From an uncultured Alistipes sp. (lineage in GTDB: Bacteria > Bacteroidota > Bacteroidia > Bacteroidales > Rikenellaceae): DNA of 40,995 nt. Positions 1-9,023 of this stretch are shown here, piece after piece (the stretch's first letter is position 1; each line of letters starts with the position of its first letter). The stretch covers positions 1-40,995 of the forward strand of contig CAJUIE010000002.1 in assembly GCA_910586375.1 (NCBI GenBank), read 5' to 3'. A program made the translations under genes and the position numbers. The notes below the pieces were generated by a model. The model searched no databases, had not been told where the DNA came from, and saw nothing but the letters and a program-made list of their open reading frames with translations.

Positions 1-2
1 AG

Positions 3-128
3 ATGGAAATTTCCAACACGTCGCACCCGTTCTACACGGGCAAGATGAAGTTGGTTGACACCGCCGGTCGCGTCGATAAGTTTATGAGCCGCTACGCAAA
101 GCGCTACGATAAAAAGAACGCAAAGTAA
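3..128 (+). CDS. rpmE: 50S ribosomal protein L31 type B, 3' part (5'-truncated by window edge)
   Basis: Manual translation [31 protein letters not shown]...NAK*; the HPFYTG and GRVDKF motifs are L31 hallmarks. Confidence 0.95.
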   Translation: MEISNTSHPFYTGKMKLVDTAGRVDKFMSRYAKRYDKKNAK

Positions 129-149
129 TCTTCGCGATTCGAAAGGGGT

Positions 150-177
150 GGGCCGTACGAAAGTGCGGCCCTTTTTT
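150..177 (+). terminator. Rho-independent terminator after rpmE
   Basis: GGGCCGTAC-GAAA-GTGCGGCCC hairpin followed by T6. Confidence 0.85.
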
Positions 178-254
178 CGTTGGGAAACCGGGAGAGAGAG
201 AGGGGGGGGGCTTCAGACTGATATCGGTCCAATTTTTCATTTTCTATTGTGTAT

Positions 255-464
255 CCCCCCCCTCTCTTATTCCTGCACGCAGCGAACGGGGAAACCGGTC
301 GCACGGCTGTAGTTGCCATCCTCGGGATTCACGAGGGAACTGACGAAGCCTAAGTATGACCCGAACACGCCCGATGCCGAGAAAGGCGAACTGCTCCAGG
401 CGTAACCGACCATGCCTACATCGCCCAGGCCGCCGGAATCGCCGAGGCGGGAACCCGAAGTGGG
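255..464 (-). repeat. Orphan DGR variable-region-like cassette, copy A
   Basis: Minus strand reads PTSGSRLGDSGGLGDVGMVGYAWSSSPFSASGVFGSYLGFVSSLVNPEDGNYSRATGFPVRCVQE* then GAGAG(G)7; homologous to 24472-24678 and 26891-27070; no start codon or target gene. Confidence 0.8.
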
Positions 465-495
465 GGGGGGCAACCGGGGTTTGGGAGAGTAAAAG

Positions 496-702
496 CTATT
501 CGGATTTCCGATACTCCTCTTTAAGACAGTCGATTGTGCGACCGCCGATGCCAAAGTTGGACTCGGGCAACTCTTTGATCGTGACCATGAAGAACTGGCG
601 GGGTATACCGGTTGTTTCGGCGGCAGTAGCGGTGATACGTTCGATAAGTTCGCGCTTCTGCATGTCGTCGAGCGGGCCGCTTTCAATAGAAATATAAGGC
701 AT
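496..702 (-). CDS. 4-oxalocrotonate tautomerase family protein (DmpI-like)
   Basis: Start re-called at ATG 702: MPYISIESG...QKRELI..IT...I.ELP..NFGIGG; catalytic Pro-1 and 68 aa size. Confidence 0.85.
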   Translation of the reverse strand: MPYISIESGPLDDMQKRELIERITATAAETTGIPRQFFMVTIKELPESNFGIGGRTIDCLKEEYRKSE

Positions 703-761
703 AAAACGATGATTGAATAGGTAAAGGTAAGGATTTTTGAACAACATAGGGCAATAATCCT

Positions 762-769
762 TATCTTTG
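762..769 (+). promoter_or_regulatory. Bacteroidota sigma-A -7 box
   Basis: TATCTTTG matches TAnnTTTG, 30 nt upstream of ATG 799; TTTG at 736-739. Confidence 0.6.
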
Positions 770-798
770 TAAAAAGAAAAAGTTTTAATTTTCAAGGG

Positions 799-1656
799 AT
801 GAAAAAGTATCTTGTCGTCGTTGCAGCGGCGCTTTGCGCGTCGACGTCGTGCATCCGCAAGCAGGTGGTTCTCGATATGGCCGATCAGCGCGACTCGTTA
901 ACCCATATCGTGAACAGCAAGGATTCGTTGATCGGTGCAGTTTTCGAGCAGATCAACGCCATAGCCGAGAGTCTGGCCCAGATTAAAAAACGCGAAAACA
1001 TGATTGCTGTTCCGACCGACTCGGAGGGCTCGGCCCGCCTCTTCCGGCAGATCGACGGCGACATTGCGGCCATCGACCGGCTCCTGCAGGAGAACAGGTC
1101 GAAGATTGCGTCGTTACAGGATGCCGCGGTAAAACTGCGGAAAGCCAATCTGAAAGTCGACGGTCTGGAAAAAATGGTGCGCACTCTTCAGGAGCAGGTG
1201 GCAGAGAAGAGCGTCGAAATGGAGCGATTGCGCAAGCAGCTGACCGACCGGGAGCATCAAATCGCAGCACTCGAAGCGCAGGTCATAGGGCAACAGACCG
1301 AAATGGAGACACTGAACGATGAAAATACCGATCTGGAGCATCGTCTCCATGCGGTTTACTACATCGTCGGCTCCGAAAGAGAGTTGCGCGATGCACAGAT
1401 CATCGACAAGGAGGGTTTCATCGGTCGCACGTTGACCGTCGGAAGGAGCGGAGCCATCGACAGCTTCACCCATGCAGACGCCCGGTTACTCTCGGAAATT
1501 CCCGTAGGACACAAGCGCGCAACGATGGTCTCAGCTCATCCCGAAGGCTCCTATCAATGGGTGATCGACAGCGATAAGGTTGTTGACAAACTGGTTATCA
1601 CGGATCCGACGCGCTTCTGGGAATCCTCCAGGATGCTGATCGTGAGCTACAAGTAA
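799..1656 (+). CDS. Coiled-coil lipoprotein (resembles Bacteroidales Cbp1-like adhesin family)
   Basis: Signal peptide with lipobox-like STSC, long heptad coiled coil, C-terminal YYIVG..EL and ITDP..FW..S..L motifs. Confidence 0.6.
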   Translation: MKKYLVVVAAALCASTSCIRKQVVLDMADQRDSLTHIVNSKDSLIGAVFEQINAIAESLAQIKKRENMIAVPTDSEGSARLFRQIDGDIAAIDRLLQENRSKIASLQDAAVKLRKANLKVDGLEKMVRTLQEQVAEKSVEMERLRKQLTDREHQIAALEAQVIGQQTEMETLNDENTDLEHRLHAVYYIVGSERELRDAQIIDKEGFIGRTLTVGRSGAIDSFTHADARLLSEIPVGHKRATMVSAHPEGSYQWVIDSDKVVDKLVITDPTRFWESSRMLIVSYK

Positions 1657-1662
1657 CAACCA

Positions 1663-2604
1663 ATGGATTTCTCGCACCGGTCTCAGTTCCGCGAACCGCT
1701 TTCCACGAAGGGCTGTGCGGAGGAGTGTCGGGACTGTTCCACGTTCCCGGCACCTTTCCGACGGGTTGGCGAGGCGGCTCATTGCTACTTCTCTCCGTTA
1801 CAACTGAGAGCCGGCGAGGAAATCGACTTTTCCGCCGATCAGATAGTGCGCTTCGTTTTCGTCCTTTCGGGCGAGTTGTCTCTCAGACATGAAGCGAGCA
1901 GAGTAGACGTTGGAACGTTGCAATGTCTCTGCGTGGGGCCCGGCAGGCACTTTGTCGCCTTTGCACAGCACGATACACAGGCTGTAGTGCTGACACTCGT
2001 CCAGCATATCGGGTTCTGCGAGCAGGATATTTTCGGCGACACAATGCCCCCTGACACAGAACGATTCACCGAGGCCGTGCCGGTGCTGCCGATACACCAA
2101 AACCTCCAACGGTTACTCTCTGACCTTTTCGCCATACGCGAGCTGAACAACTGCATCCGCTATCACAGGATGAAGGCGGCAGAGATGTTTATGATGATCC
2201 GGGTGCTTTATTCCACAACAGAGCAGGCGCGCTTTTTCCGGGCAATCGTTCACCCAGACAACGATTTCCAGGTCTTTGTCCGCAATAACTACGAACGGGC
2301 TCGGGGTGTAGGAGAACTGGCCGCATTGGCAGGAATGAGTCTTTCGGTCTTCAAACGGCACTTCACCGAACAATTCCACGACAGCGTGTACCACTGGATG
2401 ATGCAGCAAAAGGCGCTGCGCATCCTTGCCGACATCCGCGACGGCGAGCGAAGCACCAGGGCTCTGATGAACAAATACGGCTTCCGGCATTACACCCAGT
2501 TCAGCCGTTTCTGCAAAAACTGCCTGCAGGCGACACCTGCACAGCTGATCGCTGCGGCCGGCCAAAGGCTGCAAGTGAACAAAAAATCAGAGGCTCCGCG
2601 ATAA
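1663..2604 (+). CDS. AraC family transcriptional regulator
   Basis: Cupin-like FVFVLSGEL; C-terminal HTH pair ELAALAGMSLSVFKRHF and YGFRHYTQFSRFCK; exact start uncertain. Confidence 0.85.
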   Translation: MDFSHRSQFREPLSTKGCAEECRDCSTFPAPFRRVGEAAHCYFSPLQLRAGEEIDFSADQIVRFVFVLSGELSLRHEASRVDVGTLQCLCVGPGRHFVAFAQHDTQAVVLTLVQHIGFCEQDIFGDTMPPDTERFTEAVPVLPIHQNLQRLLSDLFAIRELNNCIRYHRMKAAEMFMMIRVLYSTTEQARFFRAIVHPDNDFQVFVRNNYERARGVGELAALAGMSLSVFKRHFTEQFHDSVYHWMMQQKALRILADIRDGERSTRALMNKYGFRHYTQFSRFCKNCLQATPAQLIAAAGQRLQVNKKSEAPR

Positions 2605-2611
2605 TGTTTTC

Positions 2612-2648
2612 AAAACCCATGCAGCTTTACTCCGTCTGCGGGGTTTTC
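2612..2648. terminator. Probable bidirectional terminator between convergent AraC and DUF3467 genes
   Basis: AAAACCC..GCAG / CTGC.GGGTTTT imperfect hairpin. Confidence 0.5.
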
Positions 2649-2664
2649 AGGCCGGAGCTTTTTT

Positions 2665-2970
2665 TCAGGCTTCACCCATCTTGGGGCCTGCTTCGGGCGG
2701 CAGCTGGGGTGAAGGGATTTCGATTTTACCCACGTTACTTTCATAGCGGACGATGTTCTCCTGAAGCGAGCGCAGCAGCCGTTTGGCATGTTCGGGCGTG
2801 AGGATAATGCGACTCTTCACGCGGGCTTTCTGTACGCCGGGGAGTACCGTGGCGAAATCGAGGATAAACTCCGACGTGGAGTGGGATATGATGGCCAGGT
2901 TGGAGTAGAGCCCCTGCGCTACCTCCTCGCCCAGTTCGACATCGAGGCCGAATTGTTTCATCTCTGCCAT
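2665..2970 (-). CDS. DUF3467 domain protein
   Basis: G.YSNLAIISHS.SEFILDF...PG..KA.VKSRIILTPEHAKRLL..L..NI motif; TACTTTTG box at 2994-3001 on minus strand. Confidence 0.9.
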   Translation of the reverse strand: MAEMKQFGLDVELGEEVAQGLYSNLAIISHSTSEFILDFATVLPGVQKARVKSRIILTPEHAKRLLRSLQENIVRYESNVGKIEIPSPQLPPEAGPKMGEA

Positions 2971-3127
2971 AAACGGAAAGAATATTGATAGTACAAAAGT
3001 AGTTACTTTTGTCTTCCGATATGCCAGCCGACACCCAAAGTTTTCGATATTTTATCAACACAATCGAAGCTTACAAAACATCGAAACGCTTTTTTCGCTC
3101 TTCATGATGCGTATATCGGGGCTTTTT

Positions 3128-3227
3128 CGTACCTTTGGCTGCGCCTTAGATACTCCCGCTCGGCAAAAGCAGGTAAACTTGCCTTTGCTCTCGCTTAATC
3201 GTACCTTTGACTGCGCCTTAGAGACTC
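3128..3227 (+). repeat. 72-bp promoter-bearing repeat, locus 1 (about 1.4 units)
   Basis: CGTACCTTTG at 3128 and 3200; internal hairpin GCAAAAGCAGGT-AA-ACTTGCCTTTGC; homologous to 27997-28135 and 30481-30562. Confidence 0.85.
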
Positions 3228-3242
3228 TTTTTTGATCCGGAC

Positions 3243-3920
3243 ATGACCTTCGATATTCTGCATCTGCTTTTTCGCGGCCTCTGCGTCGGCATCGCAGCTT
3301 CGATCACCGTCGGCCCTGTAGCAGTGCTCTGCATCCAGCGCACACTCTCCAAGAATCGACGTTCGGGCATCGTCTCCGGCATCGGCGTGGCCTGCGCCGA
3401 CACGTTCATGGCTATGGCAGCGTTTTTCTTCTACTCGATGCTCCAGAGCCAGATCGAGCAGTACAACACACTGCTGCGGATCGTCGGAGGGATTTTCGTG
3501 GTGATTGTCGGCGTTTACATCTTCGCACAGAACCCCGTGCCGCAGATCCGCCGTAACCGGGCCGGGAAAAGCTCTCTGTGGCAGGATTTCGCCTCGATCT
3601 TCGGACTCACGATCGCCAACTTCATCATGGTTATTCCCTATATTCTGGCTTTTTTCGCCGTGTTCGACATTTCGTCGGGCGACATCATGGGCGGGGGATT
3701 TGGCGGTTTCGTGCGAGCGGCTGTCGTCATCGCCGGATTTTTCGGCGGAGCCGTGGCCTGGTGGACATTCCTCGCTTTTTTCATCAATTTGTTCCGGCGG
3801 CGCTTCCGTCCACGGCACATGCTGACAATCAATCATATAGCCGGTTTTTTCATCGGCATACTGGGCGTTTACACCATCTTATCTACCTTTTTTGACATCT
3901 TTCCCAATGTCGGACACTGA
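3243..3920 (+). CDS. LysE family translocator
   Basis: G...S..VGP..VLCIQRTL..G..SG.GVA.AD and LT..N motifs; about 6 TM segments. Confidence 0.85.
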   Translation: MTFDILHLLFRGLCVGIAASITVGPVAVLCIQRTLSKNRRSGIVSGIGVACADTFMAMAAFFFYSMLQSQIEQYNTLLRIVGGIFVVIVGVYIFAQNPVPQIRRNRAGKSSLWQDFASIFGLTIANFIMVIPYILAFFAVFDISSGDIMGGGFGGFVRAAVVIAGFFGGAVAWWTFLAFFINLFRRRFRPRHMLTINHIAGFFIGILGVYTILSTFFDIFPNVGH

Positions 3921-4614
3921 AAACCGCATCGTCATCGCCATCGACGGCTTCTCGTCGTGCGGCAAAAGCACCTTTGCCAAGGCTATTGCCGCACGGCTGG
4001 GTTATATCTTCATCGATACAGGCGCCATGTATCGTGCCGTGACACTTTATGCCCTGGAACAGGGTGCTATCCGTTCGGGCATCGTTGACGAAGAGGCCGT
4101 CGTTGCCCTGCTGGATGATATGGACATCACCTTTCGCTTCAATCCACAGCGGGGGGCCAGCGATATTTACGTCGACGGCAACCTGGTAGAGGGAAAGATA
4201 CGGACTATCGAGGTATCGAACTGCGTCAGCCAGGTTTCGGCCATTCCCGCTGTCAGGCAGAAGCTCGTAGCCATGCAGCAGGAAATGGGTCGCCACCGGG
4301 GAGTGGTAATGGACGGTCGTGACATAGGTACGGTAGTCTTTCCCGATGCCGAACTGAAGCTCTTTATGACAGCCGACCCGGCTGTACGGGCCCAACGTCG
4401 CTATGATGAACTCTCAGCCAAAGGGCAGCAGGTTACGCTCAGCGACATCGAGCGCAACGTCCGCGAACGCGACCAGGCCGACATGACTCGTGCCGTGTCA
4501 CCACTGCGCAAAGCGGAGGATGCCATAGAACTGGATAACAGCCACATGACCATCGACGAACAGATGAAGTGGTTCATGGAACGCCTGGCCGATGTATATC
4601 GAAATCGACGATAA
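3907..4614 (+). CDS. cmk: Cytidylate kinase
   Basis: IAIDGFSSCGKST P-loop, DTGAMYR, DGRDIGTVVFPDA; start re-called at MSDTEN. Confidence 0.95.
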   Translation: MSDTENRIVIAIDGFSSCGKSTFAKAIAARLGYIFIDTGAMYRAVTLYALEQGAIRSGIVDEEAVVALLDDMDITFRFNPQRGASDIYVDGNLVEGKIRTIEVSNCVSQVSAIPAVRQKLVAMQQEMGRHRGVVMDGRDIGTVVFPDAELKLFMTADPAVRAQRRYDELSAKGQQVTLSDIERNVRERDQADMTRAVSPLRKAEDAIELDNSHMTIDEQMKWFMERLADVYRNRR

Positions 4615-5458
4615 ATCGGGGTTCTGCTTCGGCGTGGTCCGGGCAATCGGCGAGGCTGAGAAGGCGCTCGCCGGGAGTGGCACGGTCTATTCACTGGGCG
4701 ACATCGTGCACAACCGCATCGAGGTACAACGGCTCGAACAGCAGGGGTTGCAAACCGTGACACACGCCGATATGGAACAGCTGGCGGGCTGCCGGCTTTT
4801 TATTCGGGCGCATGGCGAACCTCCAGCCACCTATGCCGCTGCCCGGCGGTTGGGAATCGGGGTTATCGACGCCACATGCCCCGTCGTAGCGCGTTTGCAG
4901 GAACGCGTAAAGCGGGCCCACGAAGCAATGCGTCCCATAGGCGGACAAGTCGTCATCCTCGGCAAACGGGGCCATGCCGAGGTGGTAGGGCTCACGGGTC
5001 AGGTCGACGATCCTACGGTGGTCGTAGAAAGCGAGGCCGACCTTGCGCAGATCGACTTCACCCGACCGGTCTACTTCCTCTCCCAGACCACCCAGAGCAT
5101 CGCGCTATTTCAGCGGTTGGGCGACGTAATCCTGCACCGGGCAACCGACCCTGCCGCCGTACGCATCGACGATACGATCTGCCGTCAGGTCTCGGGCCGC
5201 GAGGAGCATCTGGCGCAGTTCGCCGGGCGGTTCGATGTCGTGATCTTTGTCTGCGGCCGCAAGTCGTCCAACGGCAAAGTTCTCTTCGAGGTATGCCGCC
5301 ACGCCAACCCTTGCACTTATACGGTCGAGGAGCCCGCAGAGCTGCGGCCCGAGTGGTTCGGGGAAGCAACTTCGGTGGGTATCTGTGGCGCTACGTCGAC
5401 ACCCAAATGGCTGATGCAACAAGTGGCCGAGGCCGTCGGGGGCCTTAGTGAAAGGTGA
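4592..5458 (+). CDS. ispH: 4-hydroxy-3-methylbut-2-enyl diphosphate reductase
   Basis: GFCFGV, IVHN, AHG, DATCP, H.EV.G, SQTT, TIC, SSN, GATSTP motifs. Confidence 0.95.
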   Translation: MYIEIDDKSGFCFGVVRAIGEAEKALAGSGTVYSLGDIVHNRIEVQRLEQQGLQTVTHADMEQLAGCRLFIRAHGEPPATYAAARRLGIGVIDATCPVVARLQERVKRAHEAMRPIGGQVVILGKRGHAEVVGLTGQVDDPTVVVESEADLAQIDFTRPVYFLSQTTQSIALFQRLGDVILHRATDPAAVRIDDTICRQVSGREEHLAQFAGRFDVVIFVCGRKSSNGKVLFEVCRHANPCTYTVEEPAELRPEWFGEATSVGICGATSTPKWLMQQVAEAVGGLSER

Positions 5459-5495
5459 AACGCGGGCCAAAGGCCGGGTGTTAGAAAGTATACAA

Positions 5496-5664
5496 ATTCT
5501 TCGGCACTACGTGCTTCAGAATGACAACCAGTCTTTAGACTGTTCGGGACATAGCCCCCGGCTACGGAGGCTCGAAAACTCGCCACCGCTGGCTACGACT
5601 CGCTTTTAGATTCTTCGGCGACCGAAGGGAAGGGCACGCCGAAGGCGCGAGACGAAAGCCCGAA
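5496..5664. repeat. Cluster of REP-like palindromes
   Basis: ATTCTTCGGCAC-TAC-GTGCTTCAGAATGACA at 5496-5526; AGCCCCCG-GCTA-CGGAGGCT; segment bounded by TTCGGG (5543) and CCCGAA (5659). Confidence 0.55.
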
Positions 5665-5678
5665 AAACAAAAACAGCT

Positions 5679-6170
5679 ATGAATAAACCGATGAAAACCT
5701 ACCTCGTCCGTTCGCTCAAATATTTCGTCGCCCTGTGCATCATCTGCGCCCTCATCATGGCCTTGATGCTCCTTACGGGCACCTCGGCCCTTTCGCTTCA
5801 GGAGACACTCTATGTGATGTTCCGCACCGACCGTTTTGCCTCTCTGGCCGTTGCTGTTGTCGTGCTCTCGGCGCTTTATCCACGATTCGGATTCTCCGTG
5901 CGCCGGATCGAGGGCAACATCGTCGAAAACCGCACGCAGATCATCAATGCATTCAAGTCGGCAGGATTTTCGCTGCACAGCAATGTCGAGGAAACGATGA
6001 TCTTCCGCGCCGAGAGACTCCCGCACCGGCTGCTGCTCCTCTTCGAGGACGAAATCCACGTTTCGCAATCCGGACAGTGGATCGTTCTGGAAGGTATCCG
6101 CCGGGGTGTGGCACGCGTCGAATATCGCCTCGATTCATACTTACGAATGACACGACACAACAATGAATAA
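5679..6170 (+). CDS. Hypothetical membrane protein (2 N-terminal TM helices)
   Basis: 163-aa ORF with hydrophobic helices, preceded by an A-rich leader, overlaps the next start; alternative start 5691. Confidence 0.7.
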   Translation: MNKPMKTYLVRSLKYFVALCIICALIMALMLLTGTSALSLQETLYVMFRTDRFASLAVAVVVLSALYPRFGFSVRRIEGNIVENRTQIINAFKSAGFSLHSNVEETMIFRAERLPHRLLLLFEDEIHVSQSGQWIVLEGIRRGVARVEYRLDSYLRMTRHNNE

Positions 6171-7848
6171 AGCCTGCCGTTACCTGCCCGCAGCAGCTAT
6201 CGCCATACTGACTGCCGCTCTTTCGATCTTTGCCGGACGCAACGACTTCGGTCTGGGCCGCAACATGGAGATCGCCGTCAACATGATGCGCGAACTCTCG
6301 GTCGGTTATGTCGATCCGGTCGACCCCGACCTGCTCATGGCCGGAGCCGCCGCAGGAATGGTTCGCGATCTCGACCCTTACACGGAGTACATCCCCGAAG
6401 AGGAGCTCTCCGACTTTGAGGTACTCACGACCGGCAAGTATGGCGGCGTGGGCGCCCTCATCCGCAAGAAGGGCGATTGGGTCGTAATTGCCCAGCCCTA
6501 TCAGGGCTCGCCTGCCGATCGGGCCGGGCTGAAAATAGGTGATAAAATCCTCTCCATCGACGGCAAGTCGGCCGAGGGTTTCTCCACCGAGCAGGTCTCC
6601 GCACGCCTCAAGGGCGACCCCGGCAGCAAGGTGCGCCTTGAGGTCGGACGCCTCGACGGGCAGCGCGAAAACCTCACTCTCGAACGTGAGCGGATCGCCA
6701 TTCCCAGCATCCCCTATGCAGGCTGGGCTGCCGACGGCATCGGGTATATCCGTCACAGCGATTTTACCGAAGGCTCCTACGAAGAGCTGCGCGCCGCAAT
6801 CGAGGGGCTGCGCAAAGAGGACAACCTCAAGGGGCTGATCCTCGATTACCGCTCCAACGGAGGCGGCATCATGCAGGAGGCAGTCAAGATTCTTTCGATG
6901 TTTGTACCCAAAGGGACTGAAGTCGTCAGCACAAAGGGCCGTACCGAAGAGTCGAAGCAGAGCTATCGCACAGCCGCCGAACCCGCCTTTCCTGATCTGC
7001 CGCTCGTCGTGCTCCTGAATGGCAGCACAGCCTCGGCCGCCGAGATCGTTGCAGGAGCCTTGCAGGACCTCGACCGGGCCGTGCTCATCGGCCAGCGCAG
7101 CTTCGGCAAGGGGCTCGTACAATCAACCCGACCGCTGGGCTATAACGCCATACTCAAGCTTACCACAGCCAAATACTATATCCCCTCGGGGCGCTGTATC
7201 CAGGCCGTCGATTACTCCCACTCGCAGGAAGGGGCGGTCTCCGCGGTGCCCGACTCGCTCGTCTCGGAGTTCGCCACCCATGCCGGCCGCAAGGTCTACG
7301 ATGGCGGCGGCATCATGCCCGACATCCCCACCGAGCCGGAGTATATCAGCCGCTTCGCTGCAACGCTCTATGCCCTGGGGCTGATCGACGACTTCGGCGA
7401 TGAATACATGCGCCGGCATCCCGGACAGAGGATCGATCCCCGCACTTTCACCCTCTCCGATAATGATTATGCCGACTTCATGGCTTTCATGCAAGACAAG
7501 CAGGTGCCTTATGAGTCGGACACCCGGCGCGCCCTCAAAACGCTGAAAAAAGCGGCCGGGGACGACCGTTTCGACGATCTCTCCGAAGAGGCCGCACGCC
7601 TCGAAGCCGGACTGAAGGACGATACCGCCGCCAATCTGGCCACTTATCGCAAAGAGGTCGCCGAGCAGATTGAGAACAACATCGTCCTGCGCCACGCGTA
7701 TGCGGCAGGCGTCATCGAACACGCCCTGCCCTCTGACGGCGAGGTGGCAAAAGCTGTTGAAATTCTGTACAACCGTCCCAAATACAACCGTATCCTCGCC
7801 GAGCAGGACACCTTGCGACGCGGAAAAGAATCCGCCAACCACGAATGA
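6163..7848 (+). CDS. S41 family carboxyl-terminal processing protease
   Basis: LDPYT, PDZ (GSPADRAGLKIGDKI), LILDYRSNGGG, TASAAEIVAGALQD, SFGKG.VQ, LKLTTAKYY.PSGR.IQ. Confidence 0.95.
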   Translation: MNKACRYLPAAAIAILTAALSIFAGRNDFGLGRNMEIAVNMMRELSVGYVDPVDPDLLMAGAAAGMVRDLDPYTEYIPEEELSDFEVLTTGKYGGVGALIRKKGDWVVIAQPYQGSPADRAGLKIGDKILSIDGKSAEGFSTEQVSARLKGDPGSKVRLEVGRLDGQRENLTLERERIAIPSIPYAGWAADGIGYIRHSDFTEGSYEELRAAIEGLRKEDNLKGLILDYRSNGGGIMQEAVKILSMFVPKGTEVVSTKGRTEESKQSYRTAAEPAFPDLPLVVLLNGSTASAAEIVAGALQDLDRAVLIGQRSFGKGLVQSTRPLGYNAILKLTTAKYYIPSGRCIQAVDYSHSQEGAVSAVPDSLVSEFATHAGRKVYDGGGIMPDIPTEPEYISRFAATLYALGLIDDFGDEYMRRHPGQRIDPRTFTLSDNDYADFMAFMQDKQVPYESDTRRALKTLKKAAGDDRFDDLSEEAARLEAGLKDDTAANLATYRKEVAEQIENNIVLRHAYAAGVIEHALPSDGEVAKAVEILYNRPKYNRILAEQDTLRRGKESANHE

Positions 7849-9023
7849 AAATCCGGCGCGATATCTTCTCCTTCCGCAACCGGGTGGTAGTGATCGTCGT
7901 CGGGATCACTCTGGGCGCCATTTCGCTGCTCTATACCAACAACATGGCCCACCGTCTGAAGGAGAAGGAGCAGCACGACGTGGCACTGTGGGCCCATGCC
8001 ATGGAGCGTGTCAACCGCGACGTGATGGGCGGCGCCATGGAAGATCCGTTAGTGGCCGACATCATGTCGACCAACAACAACATCCCCTTCATCATCACCA
8101 ACGAAAACCTCGAAGTCATCAACTCCCACCTGATTCCTGACCGGATCATTGACCACCCCGACCTGCTGCGGCGGCAGATCGACCGCTTCACCGAAGAGAA
8201 CACACCGCTGCCCGTACGTTTCTGGTGGAACCCCGAGCACTACCACATCATCTTCTACGGCAAATCGGCGTTGCTGAAGTCTCTTTACTGGTTTCCCTAC
8301 ATCCAAATTCTGGTCGTCACGACCTTCATCATGCTGGGATTCATCGCTTTCCGCTCATCGAAACACGATGAACAAAACCGCGTCTGGATCGGTTTGGCCA
8401 AGGAGACCGCCCACCAGTTGGGTACACCCACCTCATCACTTTTAGGATGGGTCGAGTTCCTGCGTTCGCAGCCCGTCGATCCCACAGCGGTCGAAGAGAT
8501 GCAAAAAGACCTCGCCCACCTGATGAAAATCGTCGACCGTTTCTCGAAAATCGGCTCCGAAACACCTCTCGCCCCAGCCAACATCAACGAAGTTGTCGGC
8601 GAGTCGGTCATGTACTTTCGCAAACGCATACCCCGCAACGTCCGGCTCGATTACAACGGACTGGCCATCGCCCCTGTTCAGGCGAACATCAACACTGCGC
8701 TTTTCGAGTGGGTAGTGGAGAACCTCATGAAAAACTCGCTCGATGCCCTCCAGGGCCACGGAGCCATTGACGTACACATATCGTCCGACGAAGCCCACGT
8801 GATGATCGACGTCCGCGATACCGGCAAAGGCATTCCCAAAAGCAACTGGAAACGTATCTTCGAGCCGGGCTTCACCACCAAGACCCGCGGCTGGGGGCTG
8901 GGCCTCTCACTCTCGCGCCGCATCATCGAGGAGTACCACCAGGGCCGCATCGCAGTCATCGACTCCGAACCCGGCCGGGGTACCCTTATCCGCATCACGC
9001 TCAAACGAATCTTCGAAGGATGA
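7845..9023 (+). CDS. Sensor histidine kinase (orphan)
   Basis: H-box ETAHQLGTP, N-box ENLMKNSLDA, DTGKGI, FTTK.RGWGLGL; two TM segments. Confidence 0.95.
   Translation: MKIRRDIFSFRNRVVVIVVGITLGAISLLYTNNMAHRLKEKEQHDVALWAHAMERVNRDVMGGAMEDPLVADIMSTNNNIPFIITNENLEVINSHLIPDRIIDHPDLLRRQIDRFTEENTPLPVRFWWNPEHYHIIFYGKSALLKSLYWFPYIQILVVTTFIMLGFIAFRSSKHDEQNRVWIGLAKETAHQLGTPTSSLLGWVEFLRSQPVDPTAVEEMQKDLAHLMKIVDRFSKIGSETPLAPANINEVVGESVMYFRKRIPRNVRLDYNGLAIAPVQANINTALFEWVVENLMKNSLDALQGHGAIDVHISSDEAHVMIDVRDTGKGIPKSNWKRIFEPGFTTKTRGWGLGLSLSRRIIEEYHQGRIAVIDSEPGRGTLIRITLKRIFEG

Noticed and set aside
462..470. G9 tract as a phase-variation switch fusing the tautomerase to cassette A
   Set aside because: The tautomerase stop (496-498) precedes the tract on the minus strand, so slippage cannot create a fusion
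267..686. 139-aa minus ORF as an intact DGR target gene
   Set aside because: Its N-terminal half is an off-frame reading of the tautomerase; only the last ~66 codons are VR-like and the upstream domain is missing
5953..7842. Long minus-strand ORFs (389 and 239 aa), and similar ones opposite nhaA, agmatinase and GT87
   Set aside because: Antisense shadows of well-supported genes
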